From Acidimicrobiales bacterium (GTDB taxonomy: Bacteria > Actinomycetota > Acidimicrobiia > Acidimicrobiales > SZUA-35), in NCBI GenBank assembly GCA_037969565.1, contig JBBKXQ010000103.1:107-64106 (forward strand): a stretch of DNA of 64,000 bases, written 5' to 3'. The first letter of the stretch is position 1; the number at the start of each line of letters is the position of its first letter. The notes under the pieces are model-generated. The model made no database searches and had not been told where the DNA came from. It worked only from the letters and a program-made list of their open reading frames with translations. Positions 56,526-64,000 of this stretch are shown piece by piece. The position numbers were made by a program, and so were the translations under genes.

Positions 56526-57893
56526 TCAGGCGGCGGCGATTGCTGCCGCCGACGCCGCCGCAGCCTCGAACGTCTGATCGAGGTCGGCTGGGGTGTGGCT
56601 GAGGCTGGGGAACATCGCCTCGTACGCCCCGGGCGCGAACGCAATTCCCCGATCGAGCATCCCGTGGAAGAACGGGGCGTAATGACCGAGATCAGCTGAG
56701 GCCTTTGCGTCGTCGTAGTTCCGCACCGGTGCGTCGGCAAAGAACAAACCGACCAGCGGGCCGACCTGTGGGACCTGGACGGCAAGGCCGGAGCCAGAGA
56801 TGGCCGCCTCGAGGCCTGCGGCCAAGGCCGCTGCCGTTGCAGTGAGCTGCTCATAGCGATCGTCGGAGAGTTGACGAAGGGCGGCGAGCCCAGCTGCTGT
56901 GGCCAGAGGGTTTCCTGACAATGTTCCGCCCTGATACACGGGCCCGAGTGGCGCCACATGACTCATCAGGTCGCGGGAACCACCGAACGCGCCAACAGGA
57001 AGTCCGCCACCGATCACCTTGCCGAACGCCCACACGTCAGGCGTCACGCCCGACCAGGCGGTGGCGCCTCCCCGACCGAGGCGGAAGCCGGTGATGACTT
57101 CGTCGAAGAACAGAAGGGCGCCGACCCGGTCGCACTCGTCTCGACAGGCCTGGAGGAATCCCGGCTCTGGCTCGACCAGACCCATGTTGGCTGCCACCGG
57201 TTCAATGGCGAGAACGGCCGTGTCGTGGTCGAGCGTGGGGACCACGTTGTAGGGCCACACAACCGTGTCGGCGACGGCGGCCTCGGTCACACCAGCAGAA
57301 CCGACAAGACCCTGGTTTGCCACTCCTGAGCCACCGGCAACCAGCAAGGAATCAACATGGCCGTGATAGCACCCGGCGAACTTCACGATCTTCGACCGCC
57401 CCGTTGCTCCTCTTGCGAGCCGGATGGCCGACATCGTGGCCTCCGTACCCGAGGATGTCATGCGGATCATCTCGATGCCTGGCACCCACTCGGCGATCAG
57501 CTCGGCCATCTCGACTTCACGAAGCGTGGGCGCCCCAAAGGTGGTGCCCCGGGTAGCGGCGTCCTGTATGGCGGCGATGACGGCCGGATCGGCGTGGCCG
57601 AGAATCGACGCTCCATAGCTCTGGACGTAATCGAGATATTCGTTGCCCTCCGAATCGAAGACGCGACTGCCCTTGGCCCGCTCGACGAAATAGGGGATGC
57701 CGCCGACCGAGAGAAATGCTCGGACGGGAGAGTTCACGCCACCGGGAAGCACTCGCTTGGCTCGCTCGAACAACGCTTCGTTCGATGACCCGGCAGGGCC
57801 ATTTGATTCGGCAGGGCCATTTGATTCGGCAGGGGCACTTGATTCGGCAGCGGCATTTGATTCGGCAGGGCTCGGGACGGCAGAGGTGGTCAC
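56526..57893 (-). CDS. hemL: Glutamate-1-semialdehyde 2,1-aminomutase
   Basis: LPGGVNSPVRAF, the PLP-Lys context FGKVIGGG and overall aminotransferase class III layout. GTG start at 57893 with a repeat-containing N-terminal extension. Confidence 0.93.
   Translation of the reverse strand: MTTSAVPSPAESNAAAESSAPAESNGPAESNGPAGSSNEALFERAKRVLPGGVNSPVRAFLSVGGIPYFVERAKGSRVFDSEGNEYLDYVQSYGASILGHADPAVIAAIQDAATRGTTFGAPTLREVEMAELIAEWVPGIEMIRMTSSGTEATMSAIRLARGATGRSKIVKFAGCYHGHVDSLLVAGGSGVANQGLVGSAGVTEAAVADTVVWPYNVVPTLDHDTAVLAIEPVAANMGLVEPEPGFLQACRDECDRVGALLFFDEVITGFRLGRGGATAWSGVTPDVWAFGKVIGGGLPVGAFGGSRDLMSHVAPLGPVYQGGTLSGNPLATAAGLAALRQLSDDRYEQLTATAAALAAGLEAAISGSGLAVQVPQVGPLVGLFFADAPVRNYDDAKASADLGHYAPFFHGMLDRGIAFAPGAYEAMFPSLSHTPADLDQTFEAAAASAAAIAAA
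57792..57872. repeat. 18-bp in-frame tandem repeat, about 4.4 copies, in the hemL 5' end
   Basis: Units ggcagggccatttgattc at 57792, 57810, 57828 and 57846, plus a partial fifth. They encode the AESN(G/A)(P/A) hexapeptide repeats PAESNAAAESSAPAESNGPAESNGPA. Confidence 0.9.
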
Positions 57894-57906
57894 GCTGCCA
57901 GTGTGG

Positions 57907-58890
57907 TCACGCTTGGAGGCGCTCGGCTACTTCGGCCGCCAGATAGGTGAGGATCACGTCGGCGCCCGCCCGCTTGATCGAGGTGAGGATCTCGATCGCC
58001 GCTGCGTCTCCGTCGATCCAGCCGTTGGCGGCGGCCGCCTTGAGCATCGCGTACTCACCGCTCACGTGGTAGGCGACCACGGGCACGTCGACCTCAGCTC
58101 GCACATCGGAGATGACGTCGAGGTACGTGAGTGCCGGCTTCACCATGACCATGTCGGCCCCTTCGGCAAGGTCGAGGCGAACCTCCTCGAGTGCCTCCCG
58201 ACGATTTCTCGGATCCTGTTGGTATCCCTTGCGATCGCCACCGTCGGCAATGGTCACGTCGACGGCATCTCGGAAGGGGCCATACATCGAACTCGCGTAT
58301 TTGGCCGAGTAGGCGAGAATCAGGACATCGGTGAATCCCTCGCTGTCGAGCGCTCGGCGAATGGCCCCGACCTGTCCGTCCATCATCCCGGACGGGGCCA
58401 CGATGTCGGCCCCGGCTCGAGCCTGGGCGACGGCTGCCTTCTGGTAGAGGTCGAGCGTGGAGTCGTTGTCGACTTCGCCGTTGTCGTCGACGATCCCGCA
58501 ATGGCCGTGGCTGGTGTACTCGTCGACACAGAGATCGGCAATCAGCACGATCTCGTCGCCGAATCGTTCACGCAGTCGACCGAGGGCCACCTGCACGATC
58601 CCGTTCGGGTTCCACGCTTGTGAACCCTCGGCGTCCTTCGTTTCGGGTATCCCGAAGAGCACCAGGGCCGGAATGCCGAGAGTCACCAACCGGGCGACTT
58701 CGGTCTCGAGCGAGTTGAGGGTGTGTTGGCTCACGCCGGGGAGCGAGTCGATCGCTACCGGCGAATCGATTCCTTCGCGAACGAAGAGCGGTGCCACGAG
58801 ATCATCGATGGACAGTGAGGTTTGGGCCACCATCCGACGGAGAGCATCGGTGCGGCGAAGGCGTCGAAGACGCCGCTGGGGAAACGTCAT
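57907..58890 (-). CDS. hemB: Porphobilinogen synthase (delta-aminolevulinate dehydratase)
   Basis: 327 aa with DLCVDEYTSHGHCG, MVKPAL (Schiff-base Lys) and YHVSGEYAM. Confidence 0.95.
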   Translation of the reverse strand: MTFPQRRLRRLRRTDALRRMVAQTSLSIDDLVAPLFVREGIDSPVAIDSLPGVSQHTLNSLETEVARLVTLGIPALVLFGIPETKDAEGSQAWNPNGIVQVALGRLRERFGDEIVLIADLCVDEYTSHGHCGIVDDNGEVDNDSTLDLYQKAAVAQARAGADIVAPSGMMDGQVGAIRRALDSEGFTDVLILAYSAKYASSMYGPFRDAVDVTIADGGDRKGYQQDPRNRREALEEVRLDLAEGADMVMVKPALTYLDVISDVRAEVDVPVVAYHVSGEYAMLKAAAANGWIDGDAAAIEILTSIKRAGADVILTYLAAEVAERLQA

Positions 58891-59651
58891 CAGGCGAGGC
58901 TACGCACGGTTGCCGCAATCAGGCCATCGGTGGTGTGCGGGTCGGCCACTGCGGCCACCTCGAGACCACGGTGGCGCGCCATCTCTGCGGTACTGGGCCC
59001 AATGGCAACCACGACGGGCGGGACGTTCTCGAGTCCGAGAACCTCGATCAACCGGTCGGCGGTCGATCCGGAGGTGAGGAGCACCGCGTCGGCCTCTCGA
59101 GCCGCAGCGAGGTCGGCTTCGGTTTGGCGCGGCAGGGCCGACGCGTAGGCGACAACGGATTCAACGACGGCACCGCGGGCCCCGAGCACCGTGATGAGTT
59201 CCGAGCTGGCCAGTTCGGCCAGCGGGGCCAGGATCCGAACCGAGGTGGTTGTCGACTGATCCGTCGCTGCTCGACGATCCAGGGGCAGGGCCTGCGCCAG
59301 AGCAGATGCCGTTGCGTCGGCTGGCATGAAGGCCACGCCGAGTCCCGACTCGGTTGCGGCCTCTGCCGTGGCCGGTCCAACGGCGGCAACGAGTGTGCTC
59401 GACGGCCACTGGTCGACAAGTGCGACGAGCGCTCGCACCGAATTGGCCGACGTGAAGGTGACCCAATCGAATTCATCGATCCGACGAGCGGCTGCAGCGA
59501 GAGCCACACCGCCATCGGGGGGACCCACGATCTCGAGAAGCGGAAGTCGAACCACCGATGCCCCGAGATTCTCCAGTCCACTGATCAGGTCGTGGGCCTG
59601 GTCGGCAGGGCGACACACAACAACGGTGAAGCCATCGAGCGGCTGACTCAC
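58890..59651 (-). CDS. hemD: Uroporphyrinogen-III synthase
   Basis: 253 aa with a HemD-like two-lobe pattern (WVTFTSANSV...). Position between hemC and hemB, with start and stop overlaps on both sides. Confidence 0.8.
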   Translation of the reverse strand: MSQPLDGFTVVVCRPADQAHDLISGLENLGASVVRLPLLEIVGPPDGGVALAAAARRIDEFDWVTFTSANSVRALVALVDQWPSSTLVAAVGPATAEAATESGLGVAFMPADATASALAQALPLDRRAATDQSTTTSVRILAPLAELASSELITVLGARGAVVESVVAYASALPRQTEADLAAAREADAVLLTSGSTADRLIEVLGLENVPPVVVAIGPSTAEMARHRGLEVAAVADPHTTDGLIAATVRSLA

Positions 59652-60565
59652 GGCAGATCGAGGCGAGATCGGAGTTGGCGGGCAGCCTCGGCCCCCAGCT
59701 CGGCGATGTCGCCCTCCAAGGGGTGCCCGACTTCCAACGTGACTCGTTCGAGTCGCGTCTCATCTTCGGAGGCAAGCACCGCTCGCAGGCGAAGCGATCC
59801 ACCGTCGAGGAGCTGGGCGTGTGCTCCCGCCGGCAGGTCACAGTCACCGCCGAGTTCGACCAGAAATCCACGCTCGGCCTCGACGCGGCAACGGCTCGGC
59901 CCGTGATCGATCGAGGCGAGCCTTTTCCTCAGCTCGTGATCGTCGTTGCGACATTCCACAGCAAGAGCACCTTGACCGACCTGCGGGATCATCAGCGACG
60001 GATCGAGAACATCCACGTTTCCAGGTTCGATACCCAGGCGGCTGAGCGCGGCATTGGCCATCACGATCGCGTCCATGACCTGGGCGCCGTCGACCGGCGG
60101 GGCGTTGAGCTGTCCGAGACGGGTCTGGATGTTTCCCCTCAGTCCGACGAATTCCAGATCGGGTCGGAGGTGTTGGAGCTGCACCCGCCGACGGTTCGAC
60201 CCGGTCGCCACGGTGGCCCCGATCGGCAGTTGGGCGAGGGAACAACCGATGAGTGCGTCGCGATCGTCGCCCCGTTCCGGGAACGCGGCCAGCACGAGCC
60301 CATCGGGTGTTTCGGCCTGCAGGTCCTTGGCCGAGTGGACGGCAATGTCGGCCTGACCGAGAAGGACGAGCTGCTGGATCTCCTTGCTGAACGCGCCCTT
60401 GCCACCGAGCTCGGCAATCGGAACACTGAGATCTCGATCGGCGAATGTTTCGGTCGAGATGATCTCGATCTCGACCGAGGGGTCTACCCCAGTGAGAAGA
60501 TCGGCCACATGATGGGCCTGCCACAGGGCTAGTGGACTTTGACGGGTGGCGATCCGAACGATCAC
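59648..60565 (-). CDS. hemC: Hydroxymethylbilane synthase (porphobilinogen deaminase)
   Basis: VRIATRQSPLALWQA, HSAKDL, GLRGNIQTRL and the cofactor Cys context GGDCDLP. Confidence 0.95.
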   Translation of the reverse strand: MIVRIATRQSPLALWQAHHVADLLTGVDPSVEIEIISTETFADRDLSVPIAELGGKGAFSKEIQQLVLLGQADIAVHSAKDLQAETPDGLVLAAFPERGDDRDALIGCSLAQLPIGATVATGSNRRRVQLQHLRPDLEFVGLRGNIQTRLGQLNAPPVDGAQVMDAIVMANAALSRLGIEPGNVDVLDPSLMIPQVGQGALAVECRNDDHELRKRLASIDHGPSRCRVEAERGFLVELGGDCDLPAGAHAQLLDGGSLRLRAVLASEDETRLERVTLEVGHPLEGDIAELGAEAARQLRSRLDLP

Positions 60566-61851
60566 GAGAGCCCGAAGAGCTCCCGCACTGCTTCCGCCAG
60601 TCGATCCCCACGATGTGAACCCGACGCTGAACGCAGCCCTACCGACGGCTCGTGGAGCATCTTCTTCACGATGGCCCTGGTGAGTGCGTCGACCGCTGCG
60701 GATTGGGCAGGATCAAGACTGTCGAGGTGTTTGGCGTAGTGGTCGAGCTCACCGCTACGAACAGCCTCGGCCCAGCGGTGCATGCTGCCCAGGAGTGGTT
60801 CGACTTCTTCGGCACTGCTCGTTGCCCGATAGCGGACGATTTCTGCATCGACCACGGCTCGAGCCGAGACCACTTCCTTTTGCCGTTCTTCGAGTCCACG
60901 ATTGGCGAAAGCCTGGAGGTCGGAGAGAACAAGCAGATCGACCCGATCAGATCCGATGACGGCGGGGTCGACATCGCGAGGCACGGCGAGGTCGAGAATC
61001 AGCAGTCGGTCGGCTCCGATGCCGGAAGGCTCGCGCTGGGCGGTTCGGGCCTCGCAGGCTCGAGCCACGAGGTCGGCGTCGAGAACCTGGCCCGGAGCAC
61101 CAGTGGCGCTGATGACGACATCGGCAGCTGCGACCGCCCCTTCGAGATCGTCGAATGAATGAACGCTCGCTCCGATCGCGGCGGCGATCTCGGTGGCTCG
61201 CAGGGCGGTGCGGTTGGTGACGGTGACGGCGACGTCTTCACTCTTGATGAGGGCGGTGGCCACACCCGAGCCGACTTCGCCAGCGCCGATCAACAACACA
61301 CGCATGCCGGTGAGATCGCCGAGCCGCTCCCGAACCAAGCTGACCGCAGCGTGCGATATCGAGGCCGTGCGGCGACCGATGGCGGTGTCGGTGCGGACCC
61401 GTTTGCCGGAACTGATGGCGTGTTCGAAGAGCGGACCCAACAGGGGGCCGACCGAACCCTCGATGCGGGCCGTTTCCCAAGCGTTGCGAATCTGCCCAAG
61501 GATCTCGTGTTCTCCGAGGACCGCAGAATCGAGTCCGGCGGCAACCGAGAAGAGATGCTCGATTCCTTCGTTGTTGAAGTGCACGTAGAGGTGCGGGGCG
61601 AACACGGCATCGTCGACACCGGCCACGAGGGCCAAGGCATCCCGCACTTCGCGGTAGGCATCGTGGAAGCGTTCGGCGTGAACGTAGACCTCGGTGCGGT
61701 TACACGTGGACAACACCACGGCCTCGTTGATGAACTCACCAGAGACGATCTCGCTCAGCGCCTTCGGCAGCACGTCGGCCGAGATCGTCATCTTCTCGAG
61801 CACCGAAAGAGGAGCCGAGCGATGATTCAGGCCGATTGCGATGACGGTCAT
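60562..61851 (-). CDS. hemA: Glutamyl-tRNA reductase
   Basis: Start at ATG 61851 with AGGAG upstream. Contains MTVIAIGLNHRSAPLSVLEK, LSTCNRTEVY and the Rossmann motif LLIGAGEVG. Confidence 0.95.
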   Translation of the reverse strand: MTVIAIGLNHRSAPLSVLEKMTISADVLPKALSEIVSGEFINEAVVLSTCNRTEVYVHAERFHDAYREVRDALALVAGVDDAVFAPHLYVHFNNEGIEHLFSVAAGLDSAVLGEHEILGQIRNAWETARIEGSVGPLLGPLFEHAISSGKRVRTDTAIGRRTASISHAAVSLVRERLGDLTGMRVLLIGAGEVGSGVATALIKSEDVAVTVTNRTALRATEIAAAIGASVHSFDDLEGAVAAADVVISATGAPGQVLDADLVARACEARTAQREPSGIGADRLLILDLAVPRDVDPAVIGSDRVDLLVLSDLQAFANRGLEERQKEVVSARAVVDAEIVRYRATSSAEEVEPLLGSMHRWAEAVRSGELDHYAKHLDSLDPAQSAAVDALTRAIVKKMLHEPSVGLRSASGSHRGDRLAEAVRELFGLS

Positions 61852-61990
61852 TGGACTCCTCGGGTGCCGAATGCACCGCAGCACCGGCCATGCCGACTGC
61901 TGCAACAACTGAACCGGGGCTGGAAGCAGCGGATTCCCCATTCTCGCCGGGAAATGGTCGTCTGCACCACTCGGGTGGGGGTGGAACGTG

Positions 61991-62695
61991 TCACGTCGAC
62001 GAAGACTCCTGCTCGAGGTGCCGGGCGAGCGGCACTCCGACGCCACTCCGAACGCCTGCGGACCGCTGTTGGTAGAAACTCAAAATCTGGAGTTCGGTGG
62101 CGAGGTCGACCCGTCGGACTTCCACATCCTCGGGAACATCGATGCCGATGGCGGTGAAGTTCAAGAGCGAAGTGAGCCCGGCTGCCACCATGAGGTCGGC
62201 GGCGGCTTGGGCGGCGTCGGGTGGTGTGGCGATCACGGCGACGGCCAAGTGCTCGCGAATGACGATCTCGGCGGCGGCGTCGACGTGTTCAACGGTGATG
62301 CCGGCCACGGTTTGCCCGACGACGCCGGCGTCGACGTCCAATAGTGCCCTCACCGGGAAGCCTCGGCTACCGAGCCCGTCGTAGTTTGCGAGCGCTCTCC
62401 CCAGGTTGCCAACGCCCACGATCGCCACCGGCCACTCCTGATTGAGACCGAGGACCACGCTGATCTCGTAAACCAAGTACTTCACGTCGTAGCCGACTCC
62501 GCGCGTGCCGCTGATGCCGAACGACGCAAGATCTCGACGCAGTGTCGCAGGATTCACCCCGGCCAACTCCGCCAGTTGGTCGGACGAGACCATCGCCGAG
62601 TTGTCCGCCGCGAGATCGACCAACCGCTGGAGATAACGGGGAAGCCGGGCGACGGTGGCCTCGGAAACGCGCCCGGTGTCGGAGTTGTTGCTCAC
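61991..62695 (-). CDS. rex: Redox-sensing transcriptional repressor Rex
   Basis: GTG start. ATVARLPRYLQRL...SSDQLAELAGVNPATLRRDLASFG (winged helix) plus the NADH-binding VAIVGVGNLGRALANY. Confidence 0.93.
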   Translation of the reverse strand: MSNNSDTGRVSEATVARLPRYLQRLVDLAADNSAMVSSDQLAELAGVNPATLRRDLASFGISGTRGVGYDVKYLVYEISVVLGLNQEWPVAIVGVGNLGRALANYDGLGSRGFPVRALLDVDAGVVGQTVAGITVEHVDAAAEIVIREHLAVAVIATPPDAAQAAADLMVAAGLTSLLNFTAIGIDVPEDVEVRRVDLATELQILSFYQQRSAGVRSGVGVPLARHLEQESSST

Positions 62696-62821
62696 CGGAT
62701 CGCTTCAACGAAAAGGATGCTCACGACGTCGAGCTACTCACTCGGAGTTCCGCGGCGCGAGGCGATCGACATGCCAAGAGGCTACGAACCCACGCTCGAT
62801 TTCACAAATGAACAAACTGAC

Positions 62822-63613
62822 ATGTTGGAACGTCAGTCCTCATCTCGACCGGGCGACCGCCGATGGGAGGTTCTGAGCAAAAGTCGCTTCCGCCGTCGAG
62901 AAGTCCGTCGCTACTCGAGCCTTCTCTGGATGCTCTGCTTCAGCGCGATCCTGATTTCGACTGCCCTCACCGCCTCGGCGGCCGGCGCCGACGAGCGCGA
63001 CGACGAGCAACAGTTCTACGCCCTCATCAACGAACTTCGAATTTCTCGAGGACTCCAACCACTGGTGGTCCACGCCGAACTCGTGTCAACGGCGAGGGGC
63101 TGGGCCCAGGTCGTTGCCGACGCCGGCGCCATCAGTCATGCTCGGGACCTCTCGATCGGTGTGACCGAACGGTGGGCCCTTCTCGGTGAGAACGTCGGCG
63201 TGACCTCGAATTCGGTGCAGCGCGTCTTCGACGCATTCGTGGCGAGTCCCACGCACTACCGGAATCTGGTCGAGTCATCGTTCGATCACATCGGCGTGGG
63301 AGTGGTCACGGGATCCGACGGTCGGCTCTACACGGTCCATCGATTCATGGACCTCGTCGGCCAACCCCAACCGGCAGCGCCCGCAGTGCCCGATCCCGCG
63401 CCGGTCGTACCCCAAGCCACCGCTGTACCCAACACCACGAACCCTCCGGCGACCGCTCCGACCACCACGCCGCCTGCGAGCTCGGCTCCTGCGACCGCCC
63501 CTCCTGCGGCTGCGCCAGCCACCACCGAGCCTGTCACGACCGTGCCCGTCGGCGCCGAACGTTCGAGCCGGTTCATCGACGTCCTCCTGGAACTCGACGC
63601 CGCCGGCATCTAG
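62822..63613 (+). CDS. Secreted or anchored CAP (SCP/PR-1-like) domain protein with a Pro/Thr/Ala-rich C-terminal region
   Basis: The hydrophobic segment LLWMLCFSAILISTALTASAAG is followed by a CAP-like core (INELRISRGLQPL...HYRNLVESSFDHIGVGV). The start is ambiguous (ATG 62822 or ATG 62771). Confidence 0.7.
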   Translation: MLERQSSSRPGDRRWEVLSKSRFRRREVRRYSSLLWMLCFSAILISTALTASAAGADERDDEQQFYALINELRISRGLQPLVVHAELVSTARGWAQVVADAGAISHARDLSIGVTERWALLGENVGVTSNSVQRVFDAFVASPTHYRNLVESSFDHIGVGVVTGSDGRLYTVHRFMDLVGQPQPAAPAVPDPAPVVPQATAVPNTTNPPATAPTTTPPASSAPATAPPAAAPATTEPVTTVPVGAERSSRFIDVLLELDAAGI

Positions 63614-63707
63614 GTCCCGTTCCGCGTTGTGATCACGGGCCCTGCGCAGCAGCACGGCGAGCGCAGGAACTGGGCCTCCATACGTCGGAGAACCTCTGAT
63701 CCAAACG

Positions 63708-63730
63708 CTTTTCGGTCTGCGAAAAGTTTG
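63708..63730 (+). terminator. Possible terminator after the CAP-domain gene
   Basis: 7-bp stem CTTTTCG/CGAAAAG with a 5-nt loop, followed by TTTG. The stem is AU-rich and the call is weak. Confidence 0.4.
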
Positions 63731-63774
63731 CGATCGCGGTGGCGAATAGTGTCGCGACCAACGAGGGGGATGCC

Positions 63775-64000
63775 GTGGAGATTCGATTGCTCGGTTCGAC
63801 CGAGGCTTTCGACGAGTCGCGTCGCGAGCTGGCTGGCCCGACGCAGCGCCGGCTGCTTGCTGTGCTGGCTCTTCACCGCAACGAGGTCGTATCGGTCGAC
63901 AGCCTGATCGATCTGACATGGACGGGCAATGTGCCGGACCGCGCGGAGCACAACGTGCGTTCGTACGTTCATCGTCTCCGCGGCGCGCTCGGCCCAACAG
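63775..64000 (+). CDS. SARP/AfsR-type (OmpR-like winged-helix) transcriptional regulator, 5' fragment running off the window
   Basis: Not in the ORF track because no stop falls within the window. GTG 63775 is preceded by GAGGGGGA. Translation VEIRLLGSTEAFDESRRELAGPTQRRLLAVLALHRNEVVSVDSLIDLTWTGNVPDRAEHNVRSYVHRLRGAL matches the SARP/BTAD N-terminal DNA-binding domain pattern. Confidence 0.6.
   Translation, partial: MEIRLLGSTEAFDESRRELAGPTQRRLLAVLALHRNEVVSVDSLIDLTWTGNVPDRAEHNVRSYVHRLRGALGPT

Noticed and set aside
62790-62810. TTTCACAAATGAACAAA upstream of rex, as a possible autoregulatory Rex operator.
   Set aside because: It contains only one good half-site (TTCACAA). The partner half is not an inverted repeat at the required 4-nt spacing, so it does not fit TTGTGAA-N4-TTCACAA.
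63275-63997. Minus-strand ORF of 240 aa, plus nested ORFs overlapping the CAP-domain gene 3' end and the SARP gene 5' end.
   Set aside because: The translation is Arg/Gly/Pro-rich with no motifs. The plus strand encodes recognisable CAP and SARP winged-helix sequences across the same region.

Overview
This is a 64-kb high-GC window with actinobacterium-like codon usage (the taxon is inference only). It is essentially a respiratory-chain super-locus, almost entirely on the minus strand.

Gene order from high to low coordinates:
- rex plus hemA-hemC-hemD-hemB-hemL (62695 to 56526).
- A divergent promoter region carrying a near-consensus Rex operator (52923-52940).
- A b6f-like Rieske/cytochrome b module (52822 to 46728). 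It has a split cytochrome b, a 2x[4Fe-4S] ferredoxin, a 524-aa diheme cytochrome c and two unknown membrane proteins.
- A complete 14-gene nuoA-N operon (46709 to 30502), which the b6f-like module runs into without a break.
- A 5.7-kb interval holding a receiver-like protein, dus (+ strand), an LLM oxidoreductase, an SDR and glgB.
- A second, 11-gene nuo operon that lacks nuoEFG (24655 to 13709).
- A MidA/NDUFAF7-family methyltransferase, then TetR, an OafA-type acyltransferase, a methyltransferase, acs and a HAD phosphatase.

The left end carries three tRNAs (CAT, Thr-GGT, Tyr-GTA), an SMC/Rad50-like protein with a degenerate P-loop, a GNAT, YajQ, an amino-acid ABC binding-protein/permease pair without an ATPase, and an enolase-superfamily enzyme. 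The right end carries a monoheme cytochrome c, a secreted metzincin-FN3-DUF4214 protein, a CAP-domain protein and the 5' end of a SARP-type regulator. I saw no rRNA, CRISPR array, transposase or integrase.

The most interesting observations:
1. The unusual ferredoxin-containing bc module is physically fused to nuo.
2. The MidA homologue sits next to the nuoEFG-less operon. That operon's NuoD keeps the Arg that NDUFAF7 methylates in mitochondria, whereas the other NuoD has Thr there.
3. A shared N-terminal peptide motif links two cytochrome-complex proteins.
4. Near-perfect direct repeats sit exactly at the nuoD|nuoH junction and downstream of nuoN.
5. NuoL of the 14-gene operon carries a ~165-aa coiled-coil-like insertion.

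All functional calls come from reading the translated ORFs for family motifs. No database search was possible.
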